This document shows positions 19,801-27,646 of a stretch of DNA of 32,000 nt, piece by piece. Made by a program: the position numbers and the translations under genes. The stretch is from positions 631,186 through 663,185 of the forward strand of contig OY843584.1 in NCBI GenBank assembly GCA_963692915.1, read 5' to 3'. The notes below the pieces were generated by a model, which saw only the letters and a list, made by a program, of their open reading frames with translations, had not been told where the DNA came from and did not search any database. Position 1 is the stretch's first letter. Every line of letters starts with the position of its first letter. This DNA comes from Cenarchaeum sp. (lineage in GTDB: Archaea; Thermoproteota; Nitrososphaeria; Nitrososphaerales; Nitrosopumilaceae).

Positions 19801-22800
19801 TGCCTTGGCATATGCTGGTAATGTCAAACGGCGTGGCTGACACCGCCGTCGGGGCGCCGCCGCTCGTGCACACAGCCGAGAACGCGGTGGCCTGCGTCCC
19901 GCCGGTTCCGTCACGCGCCGTGCCGACAAACCACTCGTTGAGGTGGATGTTGCCCGTGACCGTGCTGGTGAACACGATCCTGACATAGGTCGAGTCCGCC
20001 ACCCTGTGGGTCGTCGCCGTGTATGCGGCCGGCGGGATTATCTCCAGATACTCTTGCGTCACCACCATGCCGGCCGCAAGCGAATTGGGCACCGTGGCCT
20101 TGTCCGTGACTTGGCCGACGCGGATCATATAGGTGTCCCCGATTGTCGCATCACTGCCGAGGTTCATGCGCACAAAGCGATCCGAGCCGGGCTGCGTGAG
20201 GCTGCTCACGCCAAGGTCAGGCGTGATGCTCCACCCTGCAGTCGTGGATGGCAGCTCGACGTCTTCGGTGAACGTCACGTGCACGGTTCTGTGCGAGGGG
20301 AACGTGACAGTGTCTATGGAGGGCACGAGCTTGTCCGAAACGATCACCTCTGAGCCGCTGGCCAGGGGGTGGCCGGCCCCGTCACTCAGGCCAGTGCCCA
20401 TATACGTCACAGTCGGCGCAAAGCTAGTGTCAACGTCCGCATCCTCGTACTCTATGTTCACTCGGTCGCGCGCCGCGTTGAGGGTCGCGCTCGTGACTGT
20501 GACTGTGGTCGTGCCCTCGGCGACTGCCCAGTCTGTTGTAAGCACCGTTGCGCTTCTGGGCAGGTTCTCGGACAGCTTTACAGTCAGCATCGTGACCGAC
20601 GTCGTCCTCGTGTCACCGTCTGTGACCATTGTGGGAGGCGTGCGGTCTATGCTGACGCGGTATCCGGCACCTGCTATGGAGCTGCCGTCAGCATTAGTCG
20701 CGCCGGTTGTCAGGTTATCATGCGTGTATGTCGCCATGTTCCCCTCAGCGTCAGTCACGGTGAGCGTGAACGTGACGTCAACCTCTGGCGAGGTGCCCGT
20801 CACGGTGTGTGAATAGTTGTACTGGTAACGGGTCGGATCAGAGGAGGCACTGCGCTTCAGACCGCCAGCTGCCGAGGCCGTCGTCGACGAGCTCTCTCCC
20901 GGAAAGAGCGTGATGGTGGCGCGGGCAGGATCATAGCTTGCAGAATCTGTCAGGATAGCCGTGCTGCCGACGTATAGCGGTTCAGTGAATATTCCTATAA
21001 CCCACACATTTTCAGCTAGGAGGGCAGGTTTCGCAAAGCCCGTCGTGTTGGGCGCATTCTCTTGCGCCCTCATGTACAGCGAGTCTCCGGCTGCCAGTTC
21101 GGGCGGCGCGCCGTCACTGGCTTCAGTCGAGTACGACAGCACGGCATTTCCGCCATCCGTCAGGGTTCCGGCCACATACGTGACAGACGGCGTGGCCGCC
21201 GTCGAGGAGAGCGGCCCGTGCGTGATGAGCAGCTCCGTGACGGCAGGACTCGACGGTATGGCAGGCGTGACTGCGTCACCGGCCCCCGTCGTGGTCTCGG
21301 GCGTTGCAGTCACCGAGCCGGAGGTCGCCACAGTCGCCACGCGCGATATGCCCAGCGCCGCGTCCGGCGAGCCGGCAATGTCGTTCTCGGTGACCGTCCA
21401 GTTCCTCGTGTCAAGCGTGCCTCCAAGGCTGCCATCAAACGTGACCTTTGTTGTGGTCAGCGTCTGCGTCTCGGCCGTAAACGAGTTCGCAGGCGTGATC
21501 ATGGCCGACTCTACTGCGCCCACCGCGTTGGCAGGCTCGGCCATGTCCGCTATATCATAGTCTGGAATCACCACGTACTCCGTGCCAGCCACGATCGGCG
21601 AGCCGAGGCTGAGTGTGTACGTTAACGGTGTTGGGCGCGTGGCGGACAGCACTTGTATCTCCACAGGGGTGACGGAGATGCTGCCTTCTTGTTCCACAAC
21701 CCAGTCGTTGTCCGTGCCTTCGATGGCCGCGACGTACGGGTTGGACGTGCCCTCCATGTTCTCCACAAACGTGACGGGCTCGGTGAACGTGACGTGCAGC
21801 GAGGTCGGCGTGGTTATCACGGCTGCCCTTATCTCCGGGGGCGCCGTGTCGGCGGCGACTGCCAGACCTGTTGGCACAGGCGTACTGCCGTAGTACAGGT
21901 CACCACTCGCCGAGCTGTATGTCACTTTTGGCGTCGAGGCCGTCGAGGCCAGGCCAACGTGAGTCAGGACGTACGAGCGGGCGAGCACTTCCATATCTTC
22001 AAAGATACCAATTGCCGACGTGACTGCCATGACCATCCTGTCCGTGCCGTCCTCGCTCACTTTCCAGTCGTTGACATCGAGTGTGCCGGTCGGGCGCGAC
22101 GGAAATGTCACGGCGATGTGATCTGAGTCTAGCGTCCTTGCAGTAAAGACTGCCGGCGGGGCGTCCCCGTTTGCAGCTGACACCGAGCGCTCCGTGACTG
22201 CGTTGCCCTGCGCGTCGGCCAGTCCGGTCGACGGCAGGCTGACCGTGTGCTCTATTCCATTAACGGCGTTGGAGGCCAGCGTGATGGTAAGCGTGTTTGC
22301 GCTTGCGTCATACGCCGGCGATCCCGTTGCCTGCGGTACGGTGTCCGGAGCGTCACCATCATCGCTTCCATCAGGCATTGTGACTGTGTACGCCAGGCCG
22401 GCTATTGTCCCCGCGTTGGCCATCGACTCGCCAAAGTTGACTGTGATCATGTTATCCGCGCTAAACGAGGCAACGGGTGCTGGCGGCGTGCCGTCTGTGG
22501 CCTGAGGGGCGGGCAGCGCATTAAGCGTTTTGTCCGCAAGATCCACGATCCCCGGCGGGGCACTATCGCCAGTCGGCACCGTATAGGCAACTACCGGCAT
22601 GGCAGCAGTTGAGCCCGTGTCCGGGTGTGTCAGTGTGAGTGCGCCGTTGAGCTGGCTGCCAGCAGCCGAGGCGCCAAACCCGCCAACAGTCCATCCGGCA
22701 GCGCGCGAGCCGACGGCGGGCAGGACGACGGCCTCGCTGAACGAGACGTCCGTCTCGGTTCGGCTCACAGTCTTTGCCGTGTACGTCGGCCGCACTGCGT

Positions 22801-25720
22801 CGACGGACTCGGCGGTGAAATGTGGCACGTTGAGCCCAAGTGGGTTAACCACAGAGCCAATGCTAATGTTGTGCCTGACAGCCGGTGTGGATCCCGTCGA
22901 AGAGAGCGGCGCGTGCGTGATCGTCATCTCTGTTGCCGTGTTCACAACTAGTGTAGCGATCAAAGCCTGCCCATGGAGTCGGCTCGCAGATTTGGTGCCT
23001 AGCACAATTGTCGTTACCTGTCTATCCTCGGATGTCATCGAATCACCGTCGTCGTCGTCAGTCACCACCCACTGTCCCACGTTGAGAATATTAGACGGTG
23101 CGCCAAAGAACGACACAGTCGTGCTCGTCGGCGAGTTCGTCACTGCCGTGAATGGCGGCGCACGAGTCACAACACTCGTGGCCGTCAGGGCGTTGCCGGA
23201 CGTGTCGGCCAGTCCGGAGGACGGCAGTGTCACCGTGTACTCATCGTAGCGTAACGCCGGGTCAGTCAACATGAGCTCCAGCGTGCGTGTCGCCGGATTG
23301 TACTCGTGCGATCCTGACAGCGTCACGGTTTCTGTAGGCCCAAGCACGCCAAAGTCGTTTGTCGAAGGCTTTTTGCTCGCCGTGTAGGTGAGGCCCGCTA
23401 TCGTCTCCGGACTGGCAAGCTCCTCGCTAAAGGTCACTTTGATCACGCTCGACGTCCCAAATGACGCGCTCGCCGTGGGCCCGATGCCGTCGGTGAGGGG
23501 CACAGACGATCCGGTGCGCAGGACGACGTGTCCCGACGCGTCAACGACCCTGTTGCTGGCCATATCGGATCCCGTGTACAGCAGTGCCGTGCCGGCGCCC
23601 AAGTGGGTAAAGTCCAGCGCCTGCGTGCGCGTGAGCGTGATCGTGTTGGTGATGACAACGCCCGAGTCAAACGTTATGCCGCCGCCAATGGTCCACTCTG
23701 AGCCCGTGAGGACAATATTGGTGTCGACAGACCTTGAGAGCGTCGCGCTCACCTGCGTTGGCGAGTCGAGTGTCGCCGAGACCAGCGTCATCGGGGTGCC
23801 GTCGACGACCGTTTTTGGCGGCGGTATCATGTCGATGCGATTAACCGGCATCAGTTCATCCAGCGTGAACGGGTCGCTGTCCATCGTGTCGCCGCCCGAG
23901 TCGGCCAGGGCCGTCTGTCCTGCCGGAAGCGTCGCGGGCTCCCTGAACAGGATGCCCGGCAGTGATGTCAACTTCGCGTCCAACATTGACATGTGCCTTA
24001 GCGTAAACGCAGTCGCCGAGTCGAGCTCGACTGTTGGCGAGCGCAGCAGGTCGACTGTGCTGTGCTCGCCGGCCCTGACTGACTGGATCTCCAGTGTAAC
24101 CGGACCGTCAGACGTCATGCCCGCGAGGCTCCAGTCAGCGGCGCGCAGCGTCCCGCTCACGGCCTCGTCAAGCCTGACTACTGTCGTGCGGTCGCCCGTC
24201 GAGAGCGCCACAGAGATCTCGGGGGCAGGCGAGTCAACGAGCGAGACCCCGCCACTCCCGCTGCTGCGGTTTGGCGGCGTGGCTCCATCCCCAAACTGAG
24301 TCGCCTCGGGATAGTATTCGGCGCTCTTGAGGCGCTGTGGCAGTGTCCCAACCACCTCGTTGGGGTTGGTCGGCGAGACCATGAGATTGGAGCCCCCAAC
24401 AGAGCCTGCAACAGATCCTAATGAGAGGCGTTCGGTGTACACTTTGATAACGGAATCTGGAAGTATAGTGACGGGGGCATTGAATCTGGCGCTCACGGTC
24501 GTGCCATCACGGCTAACAGATGCGCTAATAGTGCCAATGCCAACCTTGTCGAGTGCGACGATCTCCCACACCCCGGCGCCCAGGTCCGTGCCGCCAAACA
24601 CTAGACCCCCGGTGGCCGGTGAGGTGTACCTGATCGTCGGCGTCTCATCAGGACCCAAGACGTCACTAGAGGCAATTCTAAGGTCAAAGTCTAGCCTCCC
24701 AGTTAGCGTTTCCGTGGGGCCTCTAGGAGGTGTAAAGGGATTTCCAAGTTCCGTAACGGGTATCTCCCTTGTAGAATCAGGGAGGTTGATGATGGTGAAC
24801 TCGGATGCGCGAACCGTGCTGCCGGTTGCAGCGGACCTGAGAACTACTTTGTAGAAACCTTCGCCGGTCTTTTCCACACGGTCGAACGGCGGCGTGTGCG
24901 TCAGTGTGCACACGGCGCCGCACGGTGAGGGGCCAATTGGGAGATCGGCGTTGCCGGTGAATGTCTGCGCGATGGTGTACACGACACCGGGGATCGCATT
25001 GGCGCTTAGCGTGGCTATGACGGCCCTGGCGCCTTGACGCATAACACTCGACACCTCGATCACGTCGGGCATGGTGTCCGCGTCATGTGGGGTTACCGTG
25101 TCATCAGGCGCCGTGACCGCAAGGTTGGACGACACGACAGTATCACTGGCGACACTGCCTGAGAACCCCATGCGAATCGTCTTTGAGCCCGTAAACTCTG
25201 CAGAGGACAGATTAGGCGCGTTCAAGACCACATTGGCAGCGTTGCCAGACGAGAGGCCTTGCCATGTTATCGCCCCTGCCCCCGATGAGGGGTTTGTGTT
25301 TGGGGTAGTTGCCGTGTCCGTGGCCACGATGTTAAAGGTGAAGGTGAACGGACCGCTGTCATTGGCGGCTATGACGTGCGTGTGCGACCAGGACCGGTCA
25401 TTGCCGTCGGCGGTGTTGACCATGGCCACGCCCGACGGTGACCTCTGCGCGCCAGGGGCCGTTATCGTCGGCGCCGGCGATGTCACGACGTCCTCGTCAA
25501 ACGTCACGTCCACGGTAATCCTGTCACCGATGCTCGCCCAGAACGCACGACTTCCCGTGCGATCCACAAAGGTGCCTTCAACATTGTCGGCCACGGTGAC
25601 TGTGAGGACAGTGACCCCCGGAGGCGTCGTGTCTGCCGCCTGGGCCGACGCGCCGCTGACAGAGGCGGCAAGGAAGAGCGACATGATCGCAAACGCCAAT
25701 GTTGGCACTGCAGCCCGCAT
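16847..25720 (-). CDS. Giant secreted surface protein (2957 aa), paralog of 7034-16207
   Basis: Uninterrupted 8874-nt ORF. The first 24 aa (signal peptide) are identical to the paralog, and the last 342 aa differ at 4 positions by eye. It has the same Ig-like repeat architecture, TATA box and poly-G tract upstream. Confidence 0.85.
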   Translation of the reverse strand: MRAAVPTLAFAIMSLFLAASVSGASAQAADTTPPGVTVLTVTVADNVEGTFVDRTGSRAFWASIGDRITVDVTFDEDVVTSPAPTITAPGAQRSPSGVAMVNTADGNDRSWSHTHVIAANDSGPFTFTFNIVATDTATTPNTNPSSGAGAITWQGLSSGNAANVVLNAPNLSSAEFTGSKTIRMGFSGSVASDTVVSSNLAVTAPDDTVTPHDADTMPDVIEVSSVMRQGARAVIATLSANAIPGVVYTIAQTFTGNADLPIGPSPCGAVCTLTHTPPFDRVEKTGEGFYKVVLRSAATGSTVRASEFTIINLPDSTREIPVTELGNPFTPPRGPTETLTGRLDFDLRIASSDVLGPDETPTIRYTSPATGGLVFGGTDLGAGVWEIVALDKVGIGTISASVSRDGTTVSARFNAPVTILPDSVIKVYTERLSLGSVAGSVGGSNLMVSPTNPNEVVGTLPQRLKSAEYYPEATQFGDGATPPNRSSGSGGVSLVDSPAPEISVALSTGDRTTVVRLDEAVSGTLRAADWSLAGMTSDGPVTLEIQSVRAGEHSTVDLLRSPTVELDSATAFTLRHMSMLDAKLTSLPGILFREPATLPAGQTALADSGGDTMDSDPFTLDELMPVNRIDMIPPPKTVVDGTPMTLVSATLDSPTQVSATLSRSVDTNIVLTGSEWTIGGGITFDSGVVITNTITLTRTQALDFTHLGAGTALLYTGSDMASNRVVDASGHVVLRTGSSVPLTDGIGPTASASFGTSSVIKVTFSEELASPETIAGLTYTASKKPSTNDFGVLGPTETVTLSGSHEYNPATRTLELMLTDPALRYDEYTVTLPSSGLADTSGNALTATSVVTRAPPFTAVTNSPTSTTVSFFGAPSNILNVGQWVVTDDDDGDSMTSEDRQVTTIVLGTKSASRLHGQALIATLVVNTATEMTITHAPLSSTGSTPAVRHNISIGSVVNPLGLNVPHFTAESVDAVRPTYTAKTVSRTETDVSFSEAVVLPAVGSRAAGWTVGGFGASAAGSQLNGALTLTHPDTGSTAAMPVVAYTVPTGDSAPPGIVDLADKTLNALPAPQATDGTPPAPVASFSADNMITVNFGESMANAGTIAGLAYTVTMPDGSDDGDAPDTVPQATGSPAYDASANTLTITLASNAVNGIEHTVSLPSTGLADAQGNAVTERSVSAANGDAPPAVFTARTLDSDHIAVTFPSRPTGTLDVNDWKVSEDGTDRMVMAVTSAIGIFEDMEVLARSYVLTHVGLASTASTPKVTYSSASGDLYYGSTPVPTGLAVAADTAPPEIRAAVITTPTSLHVTFTEPVTFVENMEGTSNPYVAAIEGTDNDWVVEQEGSISVTPVEIQVLSATRPTPLTYTLSLGSPIVAGTEYVVIPDYDIADMAEPANAVGAVESAMITPANSFTAETQTLTTTKVTFDGSLGGTLDTRNWTVTENDIAGSPDAALGISRVATVATSGSVTATPETTTGAGDAVTPAIPSSPAVTELLITHGPLSSTAATPSVTYVAGTLTDGGNAVLSYSTEASDGAPPELAAGDSLYMRAQENAPNTTGFAKPALLAENVWVIGIFTEPLYVGSTAILTDSASYDPARATITLFPGESSSTTASAAGGLKRSASSDPTRYQYNYSHTVTGTSPEVDVTFTLTVTDAEGNMATYTHDNLTTGATNADGSSIAGAGYRVSIDRTPPTMVTDGDTRTTSVTMLTVKLSENLPRSATVLTTDWAVAEGTTTVTVTSATLNAARDRVNIEYEDADVDTSFAPTVTYMGTGLSDGAGHPLASGSEVIVSDKLVPSIDTVTFPSHRTVHVTFTEDVELPSTTAGWSITPDLGVSSLTQPGSDRFVRMNLGSDATIGDTYMIRVGQVTDKATVPNSLAAGMVVTQEYLEIIPPAAYTATTHRVADSTYVRIVFTSTVTGNIHLNEWFVGTARDGTGGTQATAFSAVCTSGGAPTAVSATPFDITSICQGTDTEPLTFYIGYDAQASDATPHIAYRPASGQTMPVLLASDGTPIAGRTTAIDGLPPLFTAKTVSPRSIEVTFDEDVTAAAGGPDASRWYHYATATTPPALPTATELAAAVTAGTSFGTATLEGRTLTLTLAESTVITSGWGTGDTTITPPALGYDVPASMMSDILDASAAANGLAANTATNNIADDAPLSAYPLTLTVADEASGSFTDRTGANSQHANAGDRITLDVTFSEDIVTSPAPTITVPGTHRTSAPTAMGNDGDTDDRTWSHSFVVDAADDNAPLEFAIRATGANPATDVELTQSHITSGGNAVIDTVPPELLYVVRPPMNDHDSDQRLIFTEPVHGTAMAVSQGPDTAHTFGPVHNNMFTVPADAPTDTIKQFQAVIAGTGTYSLTLTGLTDRADNPLVYTVNREQTTPVRAGSGSTLAVPEFSVPPAGSYTIEAPEGERGGLGESTIIRLTEQRSDTLAGTITVNVDGVTVTLRQSTVVEDFGDVDTDESVVVVRLPPPARDTEYVAAIGADEEETAANEAVTRVLASRPPATLVELGKSGDAAPMTFDRPVAIRLLGAGAAVHAFWLSGPNGLTVNAIPECESRDASEVPGDIGSGAIELNECRVRDGGDLVIWTNHFTRFGATAPGVSGGGGDGCDDCTPPTLGVDSTGTRRVSQGFSYNGEAVDAEYYYTPMPLITVETGVENVAIIKVFEDTGPLNVRHVGLAFGLGRGQHFGESGAEIRVSLPYGNGNATASVGGAVDTIDAETLRASSEIGACMPGSEAECRIVTIHHTFREPLNFDVVSTVVWDERRNSWQNFFNHGVHVTGESLNPSHGIEVNGGALVLYPLIAGNVDADGDGTYDYDTRHVTYMLDGEYRVYRITPAGTYEPLRNLASLHHEIDESMYEEDRATQHGWARGTDSFAELIASERAIAEEHLRAMGVVPAAPAAEPAYVASPEPEDQKEYLERLRAKIAHEINLAELALLEMYPAPPPE
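17877..17888. repeat. (CCG)4 trinucleotide repeat encoding the poly-Gly hinge of giant protein 2
   Basis: Four CCG units at the position homologous to the six-unit tract at 8064-8081. Confidence 0.8.
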
Positions 25721-25744
25721 ACTGCCGCCTTCTCAACACGCGGG

Positions 25745-25751
25745 TATATAA
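25745..25751 (-). promoter_or_regulatory. TATA box (TTATATA on minus strand) of giant gene 2
   Basis: Located 25-31 nt upstream of the ATG at 25720, the same spacing as copy 1. Confidence 0.55.
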
Positions 25752-25779
25752 CACCATTTGTCGGTTTGCGCCCAAAATG

Positions 25780-25796
25780 CCCCCCCCCCCCCCCCC
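25780..25796. repeat. Homopolymer C17 (G17 on the coding strand) upstream of the giant gene 2 promoter
   Basis: 17 consecutive C counted directly. The proximal end is again exactly 60 nt upstream of the ATG. Confidence 0.95.
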
Positions 25797-26128
25797 ATTA
25801 TACGGCATATCCCCGCCTAGCCGCGCAGCATTCTGCGATCAGCCGGACCTCGGAGATGTGGCAGACACGCACGTGGGCAGGGGCGCCACAAGGCCAGGCG
25901 GGAATCACCCATTCCAGCATAAACCCAGACTCCCACCGGCAGACAAAAGATCCCACGGGCCATAAACCCCCCTCCCATGCCATTGGGCCCATCATCCCCA
26001 CAGCCCCGACCCCACGCGTGGGGTGACTGCCATGAACGGCGAGCCGGCAGAACCCCCACAGGCACGCCAACGGGCCGCTGCCAGGGCGCCCCAACGGTTT
26101 TAACACCAAGGAGAGCGCGCGCGATCGC

Positions 26129-27349
26129 GTGCTAACGATAGACGATCTCGAGCTGCACGGCAGAACGGTCTTCCTGAGGGCAGACATGAACTGCCCAGTA
26201 GACGCCGCGACCGGAGAGATTGCCGGAACGGGCAGGATAGAGGAGACGGCCGAGACGGTCAGGGATTTACAGGGCGCAAAGGTAGTCATTGCGTCACACC
26301 AGGGCAGGGTGGGCAACTCGGAGTATACCGGAATGGTAGAGCACGCAAAGGTAATGTCGCGCGTCCTGGGACGCAAGATAGAGCACGTGCAGGACGTCAT
26401 CGGCGAGGCCGCAAGCAGGGCAATATCATCCATGAGTGACGGCGACGTTCTCCTGCTTGACAACCTGAGGCTGTGCGCCGAGGAGAATTACGAGTTCTCC
26501 CCGGAAGAGGCAGCGGCCACGATAATGGTAAAGAGGCTATCCGGACTATTTGACGCGTGCGTTCTGGACTCGTTTCCTAGCGCGCACAGGGCACACCCTT
26601 CGCTAGTCGGAATGCCAAGGGTACTTCCCGCGTGCGCCGGCAGGCTAGTCGAGCGCGAGGTTCGCCGGCTAGGCGAGATAATGTCTGTCGCAAAGGCGCC
26701 GCACGTGCTCGTCCTCGGCGGAGCAAAGGTTCGCGACAGGCTAGAGGCCATCAGGCTGCTCATCGAGGGCGGGAGGGCCGACCACGTGCTGCTCACCGGC
26801 ATGGTAGCTAGCGTGTTCCTGCGCGCGCAGGGAAGGATCGGCCACGAGCTCGGGCTGCATGACGAGCGGGGCCTCGTCTCGACTGCCCACTCGCTCATCG
26901 GCGAGCACCCCGGCGTGTTCATGACGCCTGTTGACGTCGCCCTGGAGGGAACGTCAGGCCGGTCCGTAGTCGACGTGCGCGAGCTGCCCGGAGGCGCGCA
27001 CGTGCTAGACATTGGGGAAAAGACCGTCGCGCACTATGCGAGGACGATATCGGGGGCAGGAACCGTCTTTATGTCAGGGCCGGCCGGAATGTTTGAGCGC
27101 GAGGGCTTTGAGGCCGGCACGCGGGGCCTACTGGAGGCAGTCTGCGACTCGATGGCAACGACAGTCGTGAGCGGCGGGCACCTGAGCACGGCGCTGAGGA
27201 GGTACGGCCTCTCGGGCCGCGTTGACCATGTCAGCACCGCCGGCGGCGCGCTGGTCCAGTACATGGCCGGACGGCGCCTTCCGATGATGCGCGCACTAGA
27301 CGAGGCCGGCGAGCGCGAGCTGGAGAGGCGCGCCGGCAAGTCAGGCTAG
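26129..27349 (+). CDS. pgk: Phosphoglycerate kinase (archaeal type)
   Basis: 406-aa ORF with a GTG start. The N-terminus LTIDDLELHGRTVFLRADMNCPVD...GRIEET...ASHQGRVG...LLLDNLR matches the conserved PGK N-domain pattern. The C-terminal GGHLS...STAGGALV matches the ATP-binding domain. TATA-like TTTTAAC at 26098-26104, 25-31 nt upstream. Confidence 0.92.
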   Translation: MLTIDDLELHGRTVFLRADMNCPVDAATGEIAGTGRIEETAETVRDLQGAKVVIASHQGRVGNSEYTGMVEHAKVMSRVLGRKIEHVQDVIGEAASRAISSMSDGDVLLLDNLRLCAEENYEFSPEEAAATIMVKRLSGLFDACVLDSFPSAHRAHPSLVGMPRVLPACAGRLVEREVRRLGEIMSVAKAPHVLVLGGAKVRDRLEAIRLLIEGGRADHVLLTGMVASVFLRAQGRIGHELGLHDERGLVSTAHSLIGEHPGVFMTPVDVALEGTSGRSVVDVRELPGGAHVLDIGEKTVAHYARTISGAGTVFMSGPAGMFEREGFEAGTRGLLEAVCDSMATTVVSGGHLSTALRRYGLSGRVDHVSTAGGALVQYMAGRRLPMMRALDEAGERELERRAGKSG

Positions 27350-27360
27350 GGCGCCCGCTC

Positions 27361-27569
27361 GGCGTTTTGGCAAAAAAAATCACACACTAGGGGACTCTGC
27401 TCTTTTGCCATACTGGCGGCCCGGCGTGTTGGCAAAAAAAAAAATCACACTAGGGAACACTCTGCTCTTTTGCCATACTGCCGGCCAGGCGTTTTGAAAA
27501 AAATCACACTAGGGGGTACTCTATGTGTTCTTGCGCCATACTGTCCGCCAGGCGTTTTGAATAAAACGC
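27361..27569. repeat. Tandem array of ~63-bp repeats (3 full units plus a partial) in the convergent pgk/radical-SAM spacer
   Basis: Units are at 27361-27422, 27423-27487 and 27488-27550, with a partial unit from 27551. All begin GGCG(T/G)TTTG. Units 1-2 contain the inverted repeat TGGCAAAA(27368-27375)...TTTTGCCA(27403-27410) and A8-A11 runs. The partial unit forms the hairpin GCGTTTT-GAAT-AAAACGC (27552-27569). Confidence 0.85.
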
Positions 27570-27646
27570 GCACGGGCAGACTATGCAAAAAAAAACGCAA
27601 AGGCGGAAACACGGGGGAGATCATCTGGCGCGCGCAGAAAGGCGCA

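Larger units (their letters stand above)
16825..25841. repeat. Tandem segmental duplication, copy 2 (giant gene 2 plus promoter/5' flank)
   Basis: Collinear with 7012-16330 and separated from copy 1 by about 495 bp of unique GC-rich DNA (16331-16824). Confidence 0.9.

Noticed and set aside
7034-25720. Diversity-generating retroelement or other targeted hypermutation of the giant genes
   Set aside because: No reverse transcriptase or template repeat is present in the window. The substitutions I compared between copies (for example around 9100-9130 versus 18950-18980) are not adenine-specific. Recombination or gene conversion is the simpler explanation.
7200-25751. Dozens of long plus-strand ORFs antisense to the giant genes (for example 13545-15014, 489 aa; 15030-16238, 402 aa; 23388-24299, 303 aa)
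   Set aside because: They lie wholly inside the two uninterrupted 9-kb minus-strand ORFs, and their products are low-complexity Ser/Val/Ala/Thr or Arg/Gly-rich strings. They are mirrored in both copies only because the DNA is duplicated. This is the stop-codon-poor antisense frame effect typical of GC-rich repetitive coding DNA.
26010-26023. Perfect 14-bp palindrome CCCCACGCGTGGGG about 105 nt upstream of pgk
   Set aside because: It is a single occurrence in a C/G-rich spacer with no partner sites. It could be a binding site or hairpin, but there is too little evidence to call it.
25798-26463. 221-aa minus-strand ORF spanning the pgk upstream region and the pgk 5' part
   Set aside because: It overlaps the well-supported pgk gene in antisense, has no motifs, and its C-terminal end simply reads through the duplicated giant-gene upstream flank.
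27361-27569. Possible CRISPR array
   Set aside because: The repeats are directly abutting with no unique spacers, the unit (~63 bp) is too long, and no cas genes are nearby. It is a plain tandem repeat.
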